Positions 18,393-25,967 of a stretch of 32,000 bases of DNA are shown here, piece by piece. Numbering within the stretch: position 1 is the stretch's first letter; the number at the start of each line of letters is the position of its first letter. Source of the DNA: Corynebacterium glutamicum ATCC 13032 (GTDB lineage Bacteria > Actinomycetota > Actinomycetes > Mycobacteriales > Mycobacteriaceae). Both the position numbers and the translations under genes were made by a program. The stretch is from the NCBI RefSeq assembly GCF_000011325.1, contig NC_003450.3:1170001-1202000 (forward strand), written 5' to 3'. Below the pieces are notes generated by a model. That model was not told the DNA's origin. It made no database searches and was given only the letters and a program-made list of their open reading frames with translations.

Positions 18393-20622
18393 TTGCTCCG
18401 ATTTTCTCACGAGCCTGCTTAGCGGACTCAACGAGAACCTTTAGGGAAGCTTCCACTTCTGGCCATCCACGGGTCTTCAGACCACAGTCTGGGTTGACCC
18501 ACAGCTGGCGAGGATCCACGGACTGCAGTGCAGCCTCGAGGAGACCGTCCACTTCCTGCGCGGAAGGAACGCGCGGGGAGTGGATATCCCACACACCAGG
18601 TCCGACGCCGAGCTCGAAGCCGGAAGATTTCAGAGCAGCGAGGACCTGCATGTCGGAACGTGCTGCTTCGATGGTGGTGACATCGGCATCCAACGCGATG
18701 ACCGAGGAGATCACTTCGTTGAACTCGGAGTAGCACATGTGGGTGTGGATTTGGACGTCGTCGGGTGCGCCGGCAGTCGCCAGGCGGAAGGAGTCCACGG
18801 ACCACTGCAGGTAGGCAGGCTTATCGACGTCTCGTAGCGGCAACAGTTCACGAATCGCAGGCTCATCCACCTGGATGATCTTCGCGCCAGCCTCGATGAG
18901 ATCGTTAATTTCATCGCGCAGTGCCAGTGCAACCTGGTCAGCAGTGGTAGCCAGCGGCTGATCATCGCGAACGAAGGACCATGCAAGGATGGTGACTGGA
19001 CCGGTGAGCATTCCCTTGACATGCTTCTGGGTCAGGCTCTGTGCGTACTGGAACCACTTGACAGTCATTGGCGCTGGGCGGGAAACGTTTCCGAACAACA
19101 CTGGAGGACGAACACAGCGGGAGCCGTAGCTTTGGACCCAGCCGTTGGCGGTTGAGAGGAAACCGTCGAGAAGTTCAGAGAAGTACTGAACCATGTCGTT
19201 GCGCTCTGGCTCACCGTGAACCAACACATCAAGACCAAGTTCTTCCTGCTTGGCGATGACCAGATCGATTTCTTCGCGCATTGCCTCTTCGTACTGCTCC
19301 AAAGTGATGGATTCCTTGCGCAGACGAGCGCGAGCAGAACGAATGGATGGGGTCTGTGGGAAAGAACCAATGGTGGTGGTTGGCAGAGCTGGAAGCTCCA
19401 GTGACTTCTCCTGCAGCGTAACACGAGTGTCGAAGGATCCACGGCTACGGCCAGGGAGTTCCTGCGTGATTGGTGCGGTGCGTGGGGAGGTGCGTCGAGA
19501 AGCAATTGCTGCGGACGCCGCATCGAACGCAGCCGCGTCGATGTTGCCGGCTAGGGCGTCGGCAAGCAGCTTGACCTCGGTGATCTTCTCCGAGCCGAAG
19601 GCAAGCCAGTCGCGGACCTCAGGCTCAATGTTCTCAGCCTCGAGGGTGTAAGGAACGTGCAGCAGTGAACAAGAGGTAGACACTGCGATTGGGCCGCGAG
19701 CTGCCAGGCGCTTCAGGGAAGCAAGAGCAGCACACAGGTCGGTGCGCCAAATGTTACGACCATCAACGATGCCCGCAACCAGCAGCTCCTCACCCTTCCA
19801 CGCAGCAAGCTCAGTGACGCCATGGGTGACCAAGTCAACGCCAATCGCGCCAAGGCCGATGCCCGCAAGAGTGTTCAGCGCCTGATCGCCAGAGCCGAAG
19901 TAAGTATTGACAAACACGCCATCGCGCTTAGCCAAAGTGGTGTAACCAGCGCGGACCTGCTCCAAAACCTCAGGAGCAACATCGGTGACCAACGCAGGCT
20001 CATCGATCTGAACCCACTCAGTATCGAAAGACTTGATGAGGCGCTCGTAGACCTCAAACAGTGCAGGCAGGTGATCCAAAGGATTGGAACCATCAGTGGT
20101 GCGAGCAAGGGAAAGGAAAGTCAGTGGACCAACCAGAACAGGGCGGGCATTAACGCCACGAACCTGCTGGCAACGGAGATCCTCAATCAGCGCGGACGCA
20201 TCCAAAACGAAACGTGTATCCGCAGACAACTCCGGCACGAGGTAGTGGTAGTTGGTATCAAACCACTTGGTCATTGCCTGTGCAGGCAGGGTCTCAGTAC
20301 CGCGAGCAGCGCCAAAGTAGCGGTCAATCCACAGTGGGAGACCATCGTTTTCATGATCAGCGATGTCATCAAAACGCTCCGGCAGCACACCCAAAATAGC
20401 GGCGGTATCGAGCATTGCGTCGTAGTAGGAACGTCCTGCAAACGGAACGGAATCCAATCCAGACAAAGAATCCGATGCAGTGTTGACCAATTGGCGGGCG
20501 GTCTGCGCAAGTTCGCGACCTTCAATTGATCCATTCCAGTAGCCTTCGAGCGCGAACTTCAGTTCACGCTTCGCTCCGATGCGAGGAAGACCAGCGACAG
20601 TGGAAGAAAAGTTGGAAGTCAT
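18385..20622 (-). CDS. metE: Cobalamin-independent methionine synthase (5-methyltetrahydropteroyltriglutamate-homocysteine S-methyltransferase), 745 aa
   Basis: The ORF track gives 18385..20682. Internal ATG 20622 gives MTSNFSSTVAGLPRIGAKRELKFALEGYW, the canonical MetE N-terminus. Zn-ligand contexts IHTHMCYSEF and WVNPDCGLKTR are present, and the protein has the two-domain length. Confidence 0.95.
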   Translation of the reverse strand: MTSNFSSTVAGLPRIGAKRELKFALEGYWNGSIEGRELAQTARQLVNTASDSLSGLDSVPFAGRSYYDAMLDTAAILGVLPERFDDIADHENDGLPLWIDRYFGAARGTETLPAQAMTKWFDTNYHYLVPELSADTRFVLDASALIEDLRCQQVRGVNARPVLVGPLTFLSLARTTDGSNPLDHLPALFEVYERLIKSFDTEWVQIDEPALVTDVAPEVLEQVRAGYTTLAKRDGVFVNTYFGSGDQALNTLAGIGLGAIGVDLVTHGVTELAAWKGEELLVAGIVDGRNIWRTDLCAALASLKRLAARGPIAVSTSCSLLHVPYTLEAENIEPEVRDWLAFGSEKITEVKLLADALAGNIDAAAFDAASAAIASRRTSPRTAPITQELPGRSRGSFDTRVTLQEKSLELPALPTTTIGSFPQTPSIRSARARLRKESITLEQYEEAMREEIDLVIAKQEELGLDVLVHGEPERNDMVQYFSELLDGFLSTANGWVQSYGSRCVRPPVLFGNVSRPAPMTVKWFQYAQSLTQKHVKGMLTGPVTILAWSFVRDDQPLATTADQVALALRDEINDLIEAGAKIIQVDEPAIRELLPLRDVDKPAYLQWSVDSFRLATAGAPDDVQIHTHMCYSEFNEVISSVIALDADVTTIEAARSDMQVLAALKSSGFELGVGPGVWDIHSPRVPSAQEVDGLLEAALQSVDPRQLWVNPDCGLKTRGWPEVEASLKVLVESAKQAREKIGATI

Positions 20623-20878
20623 GTGAGTTAAAGACTTTCTGCTTGAGCCGAACGTGCGGATCCCGGCTAGGACGCACGGCAATCTTCTGACGATGTTTCA
20701 AGGTTCGCGAAATCACCGGGTGGCAGAAAGCTGCCCCGGGGGTTTCCTCGCCTTTTTGTAATCGAGGTCGTCCCACTTAACGCTTAAAATTTCCATTCAG
20801 AAAGCTTTGGCGTTCCTCATCATCCGGGGCTCCAGGGAGAGGATTAAAAGTGAACCGATTGCGTTTTCAACCAAACCC

Positions 20879-20894
20879 TAGACTGCTCGGTCTG
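20879..20894. promoter_or_regulatory. Candidate McbR operator (TAGAC-N6-GTCTg)
   Basis: The sequence TAGACtgctcgGTCTG matches the published McbR consensus TAGAC-N6-GTCTA with one mismatch. It lies 257 nt upstream of the metE ATG and about 190 nt upstream of the divergent ORF at 21087. Confidence 0.4.
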
Positions 20895-21086
20895 TCAAGA
20901 AGTTCCGGGGATTTAAATTCATGGTGCCGTTTTGGGCTCCTGTTGTCTGCGTCGGGTGGGGAAGTGGCGTAAAGGTGTGCAACCTCATAGTCAAGTTGAC
21001 GGAAAAGGGGAGATCGCATTTTACCCCCGCAGATTTTGGGGAACCTGTTTTGAACTGGGGTTTTGCAAAATGCAACGCGGTGACGT

Positions 21087-21545
21087 GTGGTTACACCCGT
21101 TGATGGTTGGGTGGTGGGTCACAGTTTAGAAAAAGTGACTTCAAATCACGTCGAAAAGAAATTGAAAGTACTTAAGAAACATGTCACGCTAGGAGACGTG
21201 ATAATCATTGCAAGCGTTGTTTTCCTCCTCGTTGGCGCAATGTTGGCGAATGCTGCCGCTGCGCTCTTTAGTGCCAGCGAGCCATTCGGACGAATTTCCT
21301 ACCTCATTGGCCTACCTAACGAAGACGACTTCGTGCCGTACTCACTACGGTTCGTGGCCTTTTTCCCACTGATGCTCTCCGCATCGATGGCAGCATCCTT
21401 CTTCGGGGTGTGGGCAGTACTAATCATTCCTTTCGGTTACTTCCCATCACTGATGATGGTTCATAAGCACAACAAGCAGGTACAGCGAACCTGGGATTCC
21501 GTCACCGTTGCTGACTTCTACGAGGATTCCACCCCTCTGGTCTAA
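21087..21545 (+). CDS. Small integral membrane protein (paralog A of 23867..24193)
   Basis: Three predicted TM helices. Shared blocks with the 23867 ORF: IIASVVFL, EPxGxIxYxIG, FFGxWAxL, FPSxMMVxxHNxxVxxxW. The start is uncertain. GTG 21198 (after AGGAGA) would give a 115-aa product colinear with the 108-aa paralog. Confidence 0.7.
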   Translation: MVTPVDGWVVGHSLEKVTSNHVEKKLKVLKKHVTLGDVIIIASVVFLLVGAMLANAAAALFSASEPFGRISYLIGLPNEDDFVPYSLRFVAFFPLMLSASMAASFFGVWAVLIIPFGYFPSLMMVHKHNKQVQRTWDSVTVADFYEDSTPLV

Positions 21546-21569
21546 TTTCGATTTCTAAATGTCATATTG

Positions 21570-21610
21570 GCCGCTTTCCACTCATGTTTTTGAGCAGGAG
21601 GCGGCTTTTT
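21570..21610 (+). terminator. Rho-independent terminator after the 21087 ORF
   Basis: GCCGCTTTCCACTCA-tgtttt-TGAGCAGGAGGCGGC forms a long imperfect stem (5 GC pairs at the base, one internal 2x2 mismatch). TTTTT follows at 21606-21610. Confidence 0.75.
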
Positions 21611-21734
21611 GATGTCTTAGGGGTGGGTTTCTGGGGTTTTACCTAGTTTTTGGAAGGGTGAAATCTCTATCGCTGGGTGGATTGGTAGGAAATGTCGTGA
21701 TGCGAGTGGTCTTGGGTGCGCGACTCCATCAAAA

Positions 21735-21790
21735 CCAGACAAGCGTGACAACGGAGCTCAATTTTCTGAGTTTCTGTCACGCCTGTCTGG
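21735..21790. repeat. 16-bp inverted repeat with 24-nt spacer (strong hairpin, possible bidirectional terminator or protein site)
   Basis: CCAGACAAGCGTGACA (21735-21750) pairs with TGTCACGCCTGTCTGG (21775-21790) at 15 of 16 positions. It is flanked by AAAA (21731-21734, read as TTTT on the minus strand) and by TTT on the plus strand. Confidence 0.6.
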
Positions 21791-22121
21791 TTTGCCTCGA
21801 AAAGGCTGATTTCACGACCAAGATCCCCAAAAGTTCGACCTCTCAGAATCGCTTATAAGGGCCTTTCGTGGCCCCGTCCATACAAACGCACATTCGGAAA
21901 AATGAAGCCCTTAAATCGCCATACAGCACCTCTCTCGAAATGCGCAACCACGGCAATTCAGCCAATCTGCAATAAAAAAGTAAAACTTATTTAGCGGCCC
22001 GTGAAGATCCCCGAAAGGTCACAATGACCAGCCATTTTGCCTAAACCGTGTGCTGGATTAAATAGGTGTTAAATATTAAAAACTAGCGAGCCCTGAATTA
22101 ATCTGTTAAGGTCCTACATGG

Positions 22122-22149
22122 ACTTCAGTTAGTTGAGGCTGAAGTTTTT
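22122..22149 (+). terminator. Hairpin plus T5 (terminator/attenuator-like) at the start of the FMO leader
   Basis: ACTTCAG-ttagttgagg-CTGAAGT is followed by TTTTT (22145-22149). It lies just downstream of an AT-rich, promoter-like block (22057-22084) and about 250 nt upstream of the FMO ATG. Confidence 0.35.
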
Positions 22150-22397
22150 GACATGTATGTCTCGTCCGAGTTCGCCGCCATCCAGGTGGTGCACCGAGGT
22201 GGATTCATGGTGAATCCTTAATCGAGTGAGGCCCCAGTCCAGGGAAGCCCGCCGCATTAAGTGAGTTCCTGATGGCTTCGGGTGGAGGATGTAGAACTTT
22301 TTGTACATGGTCTGTGGCACGCATTGTTTCGTTTGCCCTGCCATGTTGGTGTTTTAAGTGAAGGCCGCCTTTTGCGGAATGGGTATAGGAGGCATTC

Positions 22398-23810
22398 ATG
22401 GAGATGGTTATGAAGAATAAGCGCGTTGCGATTATTGGTGCAGGTCCGAGTGGTATCGCTCAGTTGAGGGCGTTTGAGTCTGCTGAAAAGCAGGGGCATG
22501 AGATCCCTGAGCTGGTGTGTTTTGAAAAGCAGGATACCTGGGGTGGGCAGTGGAATTACTCTTGGCGCACGGGAACAGACTCTTATGGTGAGCCTGTGCA
22601 CTCAAGTATGTACCGAAACCTGTGGTCAAACGGTCCGAAGGAAGTTCTCGAATTTGCTGAGTACAGCTTCGATGAGCACTTCGGAAAGCCAATTTCTTCT
22701 TACCCTCCACGTGAAGTGTTGTGGGATTACATTGCAGGTCGTGCAAAGAAGTCGAACGTTGAGAAGTACATCAAGTTCGCGCATGTTGTTCGCTGGGTGA
22801 GTTTTGATGAGGCCACCAAGCTGTTCACCGTGACGGTGGAGAACCTCCGCACCGGTGAGACCAGCAGTGATACTTATGACAACGTGATTGTTGGCGCTGG
22901 ACACTTCAGCTTCCCGAACGTCCCTCACTTTGATGGTGTGGAGACTTTCCCAGGTCAGATCATGCATGCTCACGAGTTCCGTGGTGCAGAGGCTGTTGCT
23001 GACAAGGATATTTTGCTGATTGGTGCAAGTTATTCTGCGGAAGATATCGGTACCCAGGCGTACAAGATGGGTGCTCGTTCGGTGACTTTCTCTTACCGCT
23101 CAAACCCAATGGGGTATGAGTGGCCTGAAGAGATGACTGAGCTTCCTTTGGTTGAGCGTTTCGACGGCTCCGAGGTTCACTTTGTCAATGGTGAAAAGCG
23201 CAAGGTCGACATCGTGGTGTTCTGTACTGGTTACTTACACCATTACCCATTTATGCCGTCTGAGCTGACTTTAAGCTCACCAAACAACCTGTACCCGGAT
23301 ACGCTTTATCGTGGCGTGGTGTCCGAGGCTAATAACCAGCTGTTCTGGTTGGGTGCTCAGGATCAGTGGCTGACGTTCAACATGTTTGATGCTCAGGCTT
23401 GGTATGTTCGCGATGTCATTTTGGGCCGCGTGGCTCTTCCTTCCAAGGAAGCGCAGCGCAATCATATGGATAAGTGGCTGTCACGTTTCGAAGGCTTGAA
23501 GTCTGAGAATGATCAGATTGATTTCCAGTGCGATTACGTCGAGGATCTTATCGATCAGACCGATTATCCTTCGTTTGATCTGAAGGAAGTCGCGAATATC
23601 TTGAAGGGCTGGGTGAAGTCGAAGGAGGAGGATATCCTCAACTACCGTGATTACACCTATACTTCCGTGATGACGGGCACCACCTCTGTTGAACACCACA
23701 CTCCGTGGATGATTGAGTTGGATGATTCTTTGGAGCGTTACCTCAGTGAGCCACAGGAAGATGAAGCTCGTCAGGTTTACCGTGGCAAGAAAGTCCGCGA
23801 TAAAGCCTAA
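22398..23810 (+). CDS. Bacterial flavin-containing monooxygenase (Tmm / Methylophaga mFMO type, class B), 470 aa
   Basis: FAD motif IIGAGPSG, FMO-identifying motif FPGQIMHAHEF (FxGxxxHxxxF) and NADPH motif IGASYSAED are present. Long blocks appear shared with my recollection of Methylophaga mFMO (EIPELVCFEKQ, WGGQWNY, GEPVHSSMYR, LWSNGPKE, FNMFDAQAWY, HHTPW). AGGAGG lies 6 nt before the ATG. Confidence 0.92.
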   Translation: MEMVMKNKRVAIIGAGPSGIAQLRAFESAEKQGHEIPELVCFEKQDTWGGQWNYSWRTGTDSYGEPVHSSMYRNLWSNGPKEVLEFAEYSFDEHFGKPISSYPPREVLWDYIAGRAKKSNVEKYIKFAHVVRWVSFDEATKLFTVTVENLRTGETSSDTYDNVIVGAGHFSFPNVPHFDGVETFPGQIMHAHEFRGAEAVADKDILLIGASYSAEDIGTQAYKMGARSVTFSYRSNPMGYEWPEEMTELPLVERFDGSEVHFVNGEKRKVDIVVFCTGYLHHYPFMPSELTLSSPNNLYPDTLYRGVVSEANNQLFWLGAQDQWLTFNMFDAQAWYVRDVILGRVALPSKEAQRNHMDKWLSRFEGLKSENDQIDFQCDYVEDLIDQTDYPSFDLKEVANILKGWVKSKEEDILNYRDYTYTSVMTGTTSVEHHTPWMIELDDSLERYLSEPQEDEARQVYRGKKVRDKA

Positions 23811-23866
23811 GGAAAAGGCCTAAGCAGCCCTTGCATAAAATAGCGGTGTGCTGTCAGAATTAGCGC

Positions 23867-24193
23867 ATGGCAATCATAGCGAGTGTTGTGTTCCTCATTG
23901 CGGGGACTATTCTCGCAGCCATCGCCACCGCCCGTTGGAGCATGCTCGAACCCTATGGATTGATTCCGTATTTCATAGGTCACGATATTGATTTCGAGCA
24001 AAAAGGCCAGTTCTTGGTCTATTTTCTCCGCGCGGCGGGCTTTTTCGTTTTGATTGTCGCAGCGGCGTTTGCGCAGCCTTTCTTTGGGCTGTGGGCACTG
24101 TTGCTTCTGGTGGTGGGTGGGTTTCCTTCGGGGATGATGGTGCGTCAACACAATCGTCGGGTGCGTGCGATGTGGCGGCCCCGCGAGACATAG
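23867..24193 (+). CDS. Small integral membrane protein (paralog B of 21087..21545), 108 aa
   Basis: MAIIASVVFLIAGTILAAIATARWSMLEPYGLIPYFIG...FFGLWALLLLVVGGFPSGMMVRQHNRRVRAMW. It has three TM helices and the same conserved blocks as the 21087 ORF. DNA in the IIASVVFL region is 20/24 identical between the two copies. Confidence 0.7.
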   Translation: MAIIASVVFLIAGTILAAIATARWSMLEPYGLIPYFIGHDIDFEQKGQFLVYFLRAAGFFVLIVAAAFAQPFFGLWALLLLVVGGFPSGMMVRQHNRRVRAMWRPRET

Positions 24194-24215
24194 ATTAAGG
24201 ACTACTCTCGAACAC

Positions 24216-25112
24216 ATGCCTCAAATCCCTGCCCAGAATTTTGATGATGTTGCGTTGATCATTGAGGGCGGTGGAACCCGAAATTCTTATACTGCTGCGG
24301 TGATTGATCAGTTGATCGCCAACAATATTCATTTCGGTTGGGTCGGAGGAGTCTCAGCGGGTGCGTCGCATACGGTGAATTATCTTTCGGCGGATCGTTT
24401 CCGCACGGTGTCGAGTTTCGTAGAGTTTGCGGCCGATCGGCGGTATTCAGGAATTCAGCCATTGGTGCGCGGTCGGGGCTATTTCAATGCGGTGGATATT
24501 TATGAGACCTCCACGCAACCTGACCAGGAATTTCCTTTCGATTTTGACACTTTTTCAGCCGACCCCACGCCGTTTCAACTCTCTGCGGTGCGTGCCGATA
24601 CCGGCGAGACCGTTTTTTGGGGCAGGGAAGACACCCCGGATTTGAGCGCTCTGATGAAGCGGGTTCGCGCGTCGTCGACCATGCCTGGTTTCATGCCGAT
24701 CACCTACATCGACGGCCATCCATATGTCGATGGCGCGGTCGGGGAGACCGGCGGTTTGATGCTACAGCCGGCCATCGATGCGGGCTTCACCCGCTTTTTC
24801 GTTATCGCCTCCCGTCCGCGCGATTATTGGCGCAAGGAGATCGGGCGCCCGGGTTTCATCAAAGCTGCTTTACGACGTTTCCCCACAATCGCCGACCTCA
24901 CCATCGCGCGTCCTGCACTGTATAACTCGGTAAAGCAACAGATCCTCGACCTAGAGAAACAAGGCAGCGCCTATGTGTTCTTTGCGGACAACATGAACAT
25001 CCAGAACACGGAAATCAATCTGAAGAAACTCCGTGCATCTTTCGATGCAGGCATGCAGCAGACCCGCAAAGATTGGCCGGAGATCATGAGCTTCCTGAAC
25101 CAAACCAGATAA
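24216..25112 (+). CDS. Patatin-like phospholipase/esterase, 298 aa
   Basis: The ORF track gives 24165..25112. ATG 24216 (MPQIPAQNF) avoids overlap with the upstream ORF. Motifs present: oxyanion IIEGGGTRNSY, nucleophile GGVSAGAS (GxSxG) and catalytic Asp context YVDGAV. Confidence 0.88.
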   Translation: MPQIPAQNFDDVALIIEGGGTRNSYTAAVIDQLIANNIHFGWVGGVSAGASHTVNYLSADRFRTVSSFVEFAADRRYSGIQPLVRGRGYFNAVDIYETSTQPDQEFPFDFDTFSADPTPFQLSAVRADTGETVFWGREDTPDLSALMKRVRASSTMPGFMPITYIDGHPYVDGAVGETGGLMLQPAIDAGFTRFFVIASRPRDYWRKEIGRPGFIKAALRRFPTIADLTIARPALYNSVKQQILDLEKQGSAYVFFADNMNIQNTEINLKKLRASFDAGMQQTRKDWPEIMSFLNQTR

Positions 25113-25121
25113 TGAAGGTTT

Positions 25122-25916
25122 TTAGTCCAACTGCAGGTCATCGCGAAGGTGTTGTGGCCACCGCGCGACTTCCGCTGGGGTAGTGGCAATGCGCAGTTGG
25201 GCGTTTGGCATGAGGCGGGTTAGCTCGATTGCCGTGGATACGGGGTGTCCGGGATCGTCGGTCCAGCTCAGAATAGTGGTGGGGGCTGTTATTTTGGCGA
25301 TTTCTTTCTTTGAGGGGAGGTCGCTTTGGGCGGCGCCTCGGTAAGCCCAGGGGAGGAGTTCGGCGGAAATGTCGGGGACTGTGTCGGGGGTTCCTACGGT
25401 TGCTGGTGGTTGGGCGTGGAGTTTTTCGGCGTTGAGGAAGGCGTCCATGCCGTGGGTTTCTAGGAATTCTGCTCGGGATAGGTATTCGGAGGCTTGGGCT
25501 TTTCGGGATTCCCAGGCGGTGGGTGGGAGCATGAGTGTGAATCCACTGAAGCGGTCGGGGTTTAACACCGCGGCTTTGAGGAGGGTGGCGCAACCCATGG
25601 AGGGGCCGACGCCGTGGACTTGTTCGTGGGGGAAGTGGGCGTCGAGAAGCATTAAAAGGTCACCCGCTAGGGTGTCCCACTGATAATCGGTGGAGGCAGC
25701 GCGGCCGGTGGAGGTGCCGTGGCCGCGGGCGTCGTAACGCAAAAGGCGCGTGCCGGAAAGGCCACGGCCGAGGTCGAGGTCGAGGAGGCGGTCGCGTTGG
25801 CGGGAGGAGGTGAGGCCGTGAAGTTGGATGACGGCTTGGCCGTGTTCGTCGCTGTATGAGGTGGAGAGTTGCGCGCCGGGGACGGGGAAGGCGCTGTGTT
25901 GTAGGGGAGAGTTCAT
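25122..25916 (-). CDS. Alpha/beta-fold hydrolase, 264 aa
   Basis: The HG oxyanion context IQLHGLTSS and nucleophile elbow VHGVGPSMGCATL (GxSxG) are present, and the length is typical. It is convergent with the patatin gene, with only 9 nt between the stop codons. Confidence 0.85.
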   Translation of the reverse strand: MNSPLQHSAFPVPGAQLSTSYSDEHGQAVIQLHGLTSSRQRDRLLDLDLGRGLSGTRLLRYDARGHGTSTGRAASTDYQWDTLAGDLLMLLDAHFPHEQVHGVGPSMGCATLLKAAVLNPDRFSGFTLMLPPTAWESRKAQASEYLSRAEFLETHGMDAFLNAEKLHAQPPATVGTPDTVPDISAELLPWAYRGAAQSDLPSKKEIAKITAPTTILSWTDDPGHPVSTAIELTRLMPNAQLRIATTPAEVARWPQHLRDDLQLD

Positions 25917-25943
25917 GGAAACTTCCTAAATTATTTTCTATCA

Positions 25944-25967
25944 ATCTATAGATACTAGGTCTATTAT
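25944..25967. promoter_or_regulatory. Divergent promoter/operator region: palindrome ATCTATAGAT plus a -10-like TATTAT placed for a leaderless start at 25974
   Basis: A perfect 10-bp palindrome lies at 25944-25953. TCTAT occurs three times within 25938-25964. TATTAT (25962-25967) sits exactly 6 nt before the A of ATG 25974. Confidence 0.4.

Noticed and set aside
19822-20529. A 235-aa plus-strand ORF.
   Set aside because: It is antisense within metE, whose identity is unambiguous. It has no motifs and no RBS.
20623-20878. A possible cobalamin (B12) or SAM/SAH riboswitch in the metE upstream region.
   Set aside because: I looked for the ordered core elements: AGGGAA, GGTGAAAATCC, CCCGCAACTGT, GCCACTG and the B12 box AGYCAGGAGACCTGCC. 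Only scattered partial resemblances turned up (GGTGATTTCG, GCCACCC, AGCCGGGATCCGC), and they are in the wrong order. SAM-I/IV and SAH cores are also absent. An Infernal scan is needed to be definitive.
21001-21070. Alternating G4/C5 runs (GGGG 21007, CCCCC 21024, GGGG 21038, GGGG 21057) followed by the perfect palindrome TTTTGCAAAA (21061-21070), upstream of the 21087 ORF.
   Set aside because: This could form mutually exclusive hairpins or a regulator site. The stems are only 4-5 bp, with no T-tract or known motif, which is too weak to call.
21658-21858. A 66-aa GTG-initiated ORF in the large intergenic interval.
   Set aside because: It spans both arms of the 16-bp inverted repeat. It has no RBS and no recognisable features.
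22153-22221. A 22-codon upstream ORF (MYVSSEFAAIQVVHRGGFMVNP) in the FMO leader.
   Set aside because: No Shine-Dalgarno precedes it, since it starts directly after the T5 tract. There is nothing diagnostic such as runs of a regulatory codon. It is kept only as a remote leader-peptide possibility.
25949-25963. A McbR-like motif, TAGAT-N5-GTCTA, in the hydrolase / C-domain divergent region.
   Set aside because: The spacer is 5 nt rather than 6, and one half-site deviates. It is more simply explained as part of the local ATAGA/TCTAT dyad.
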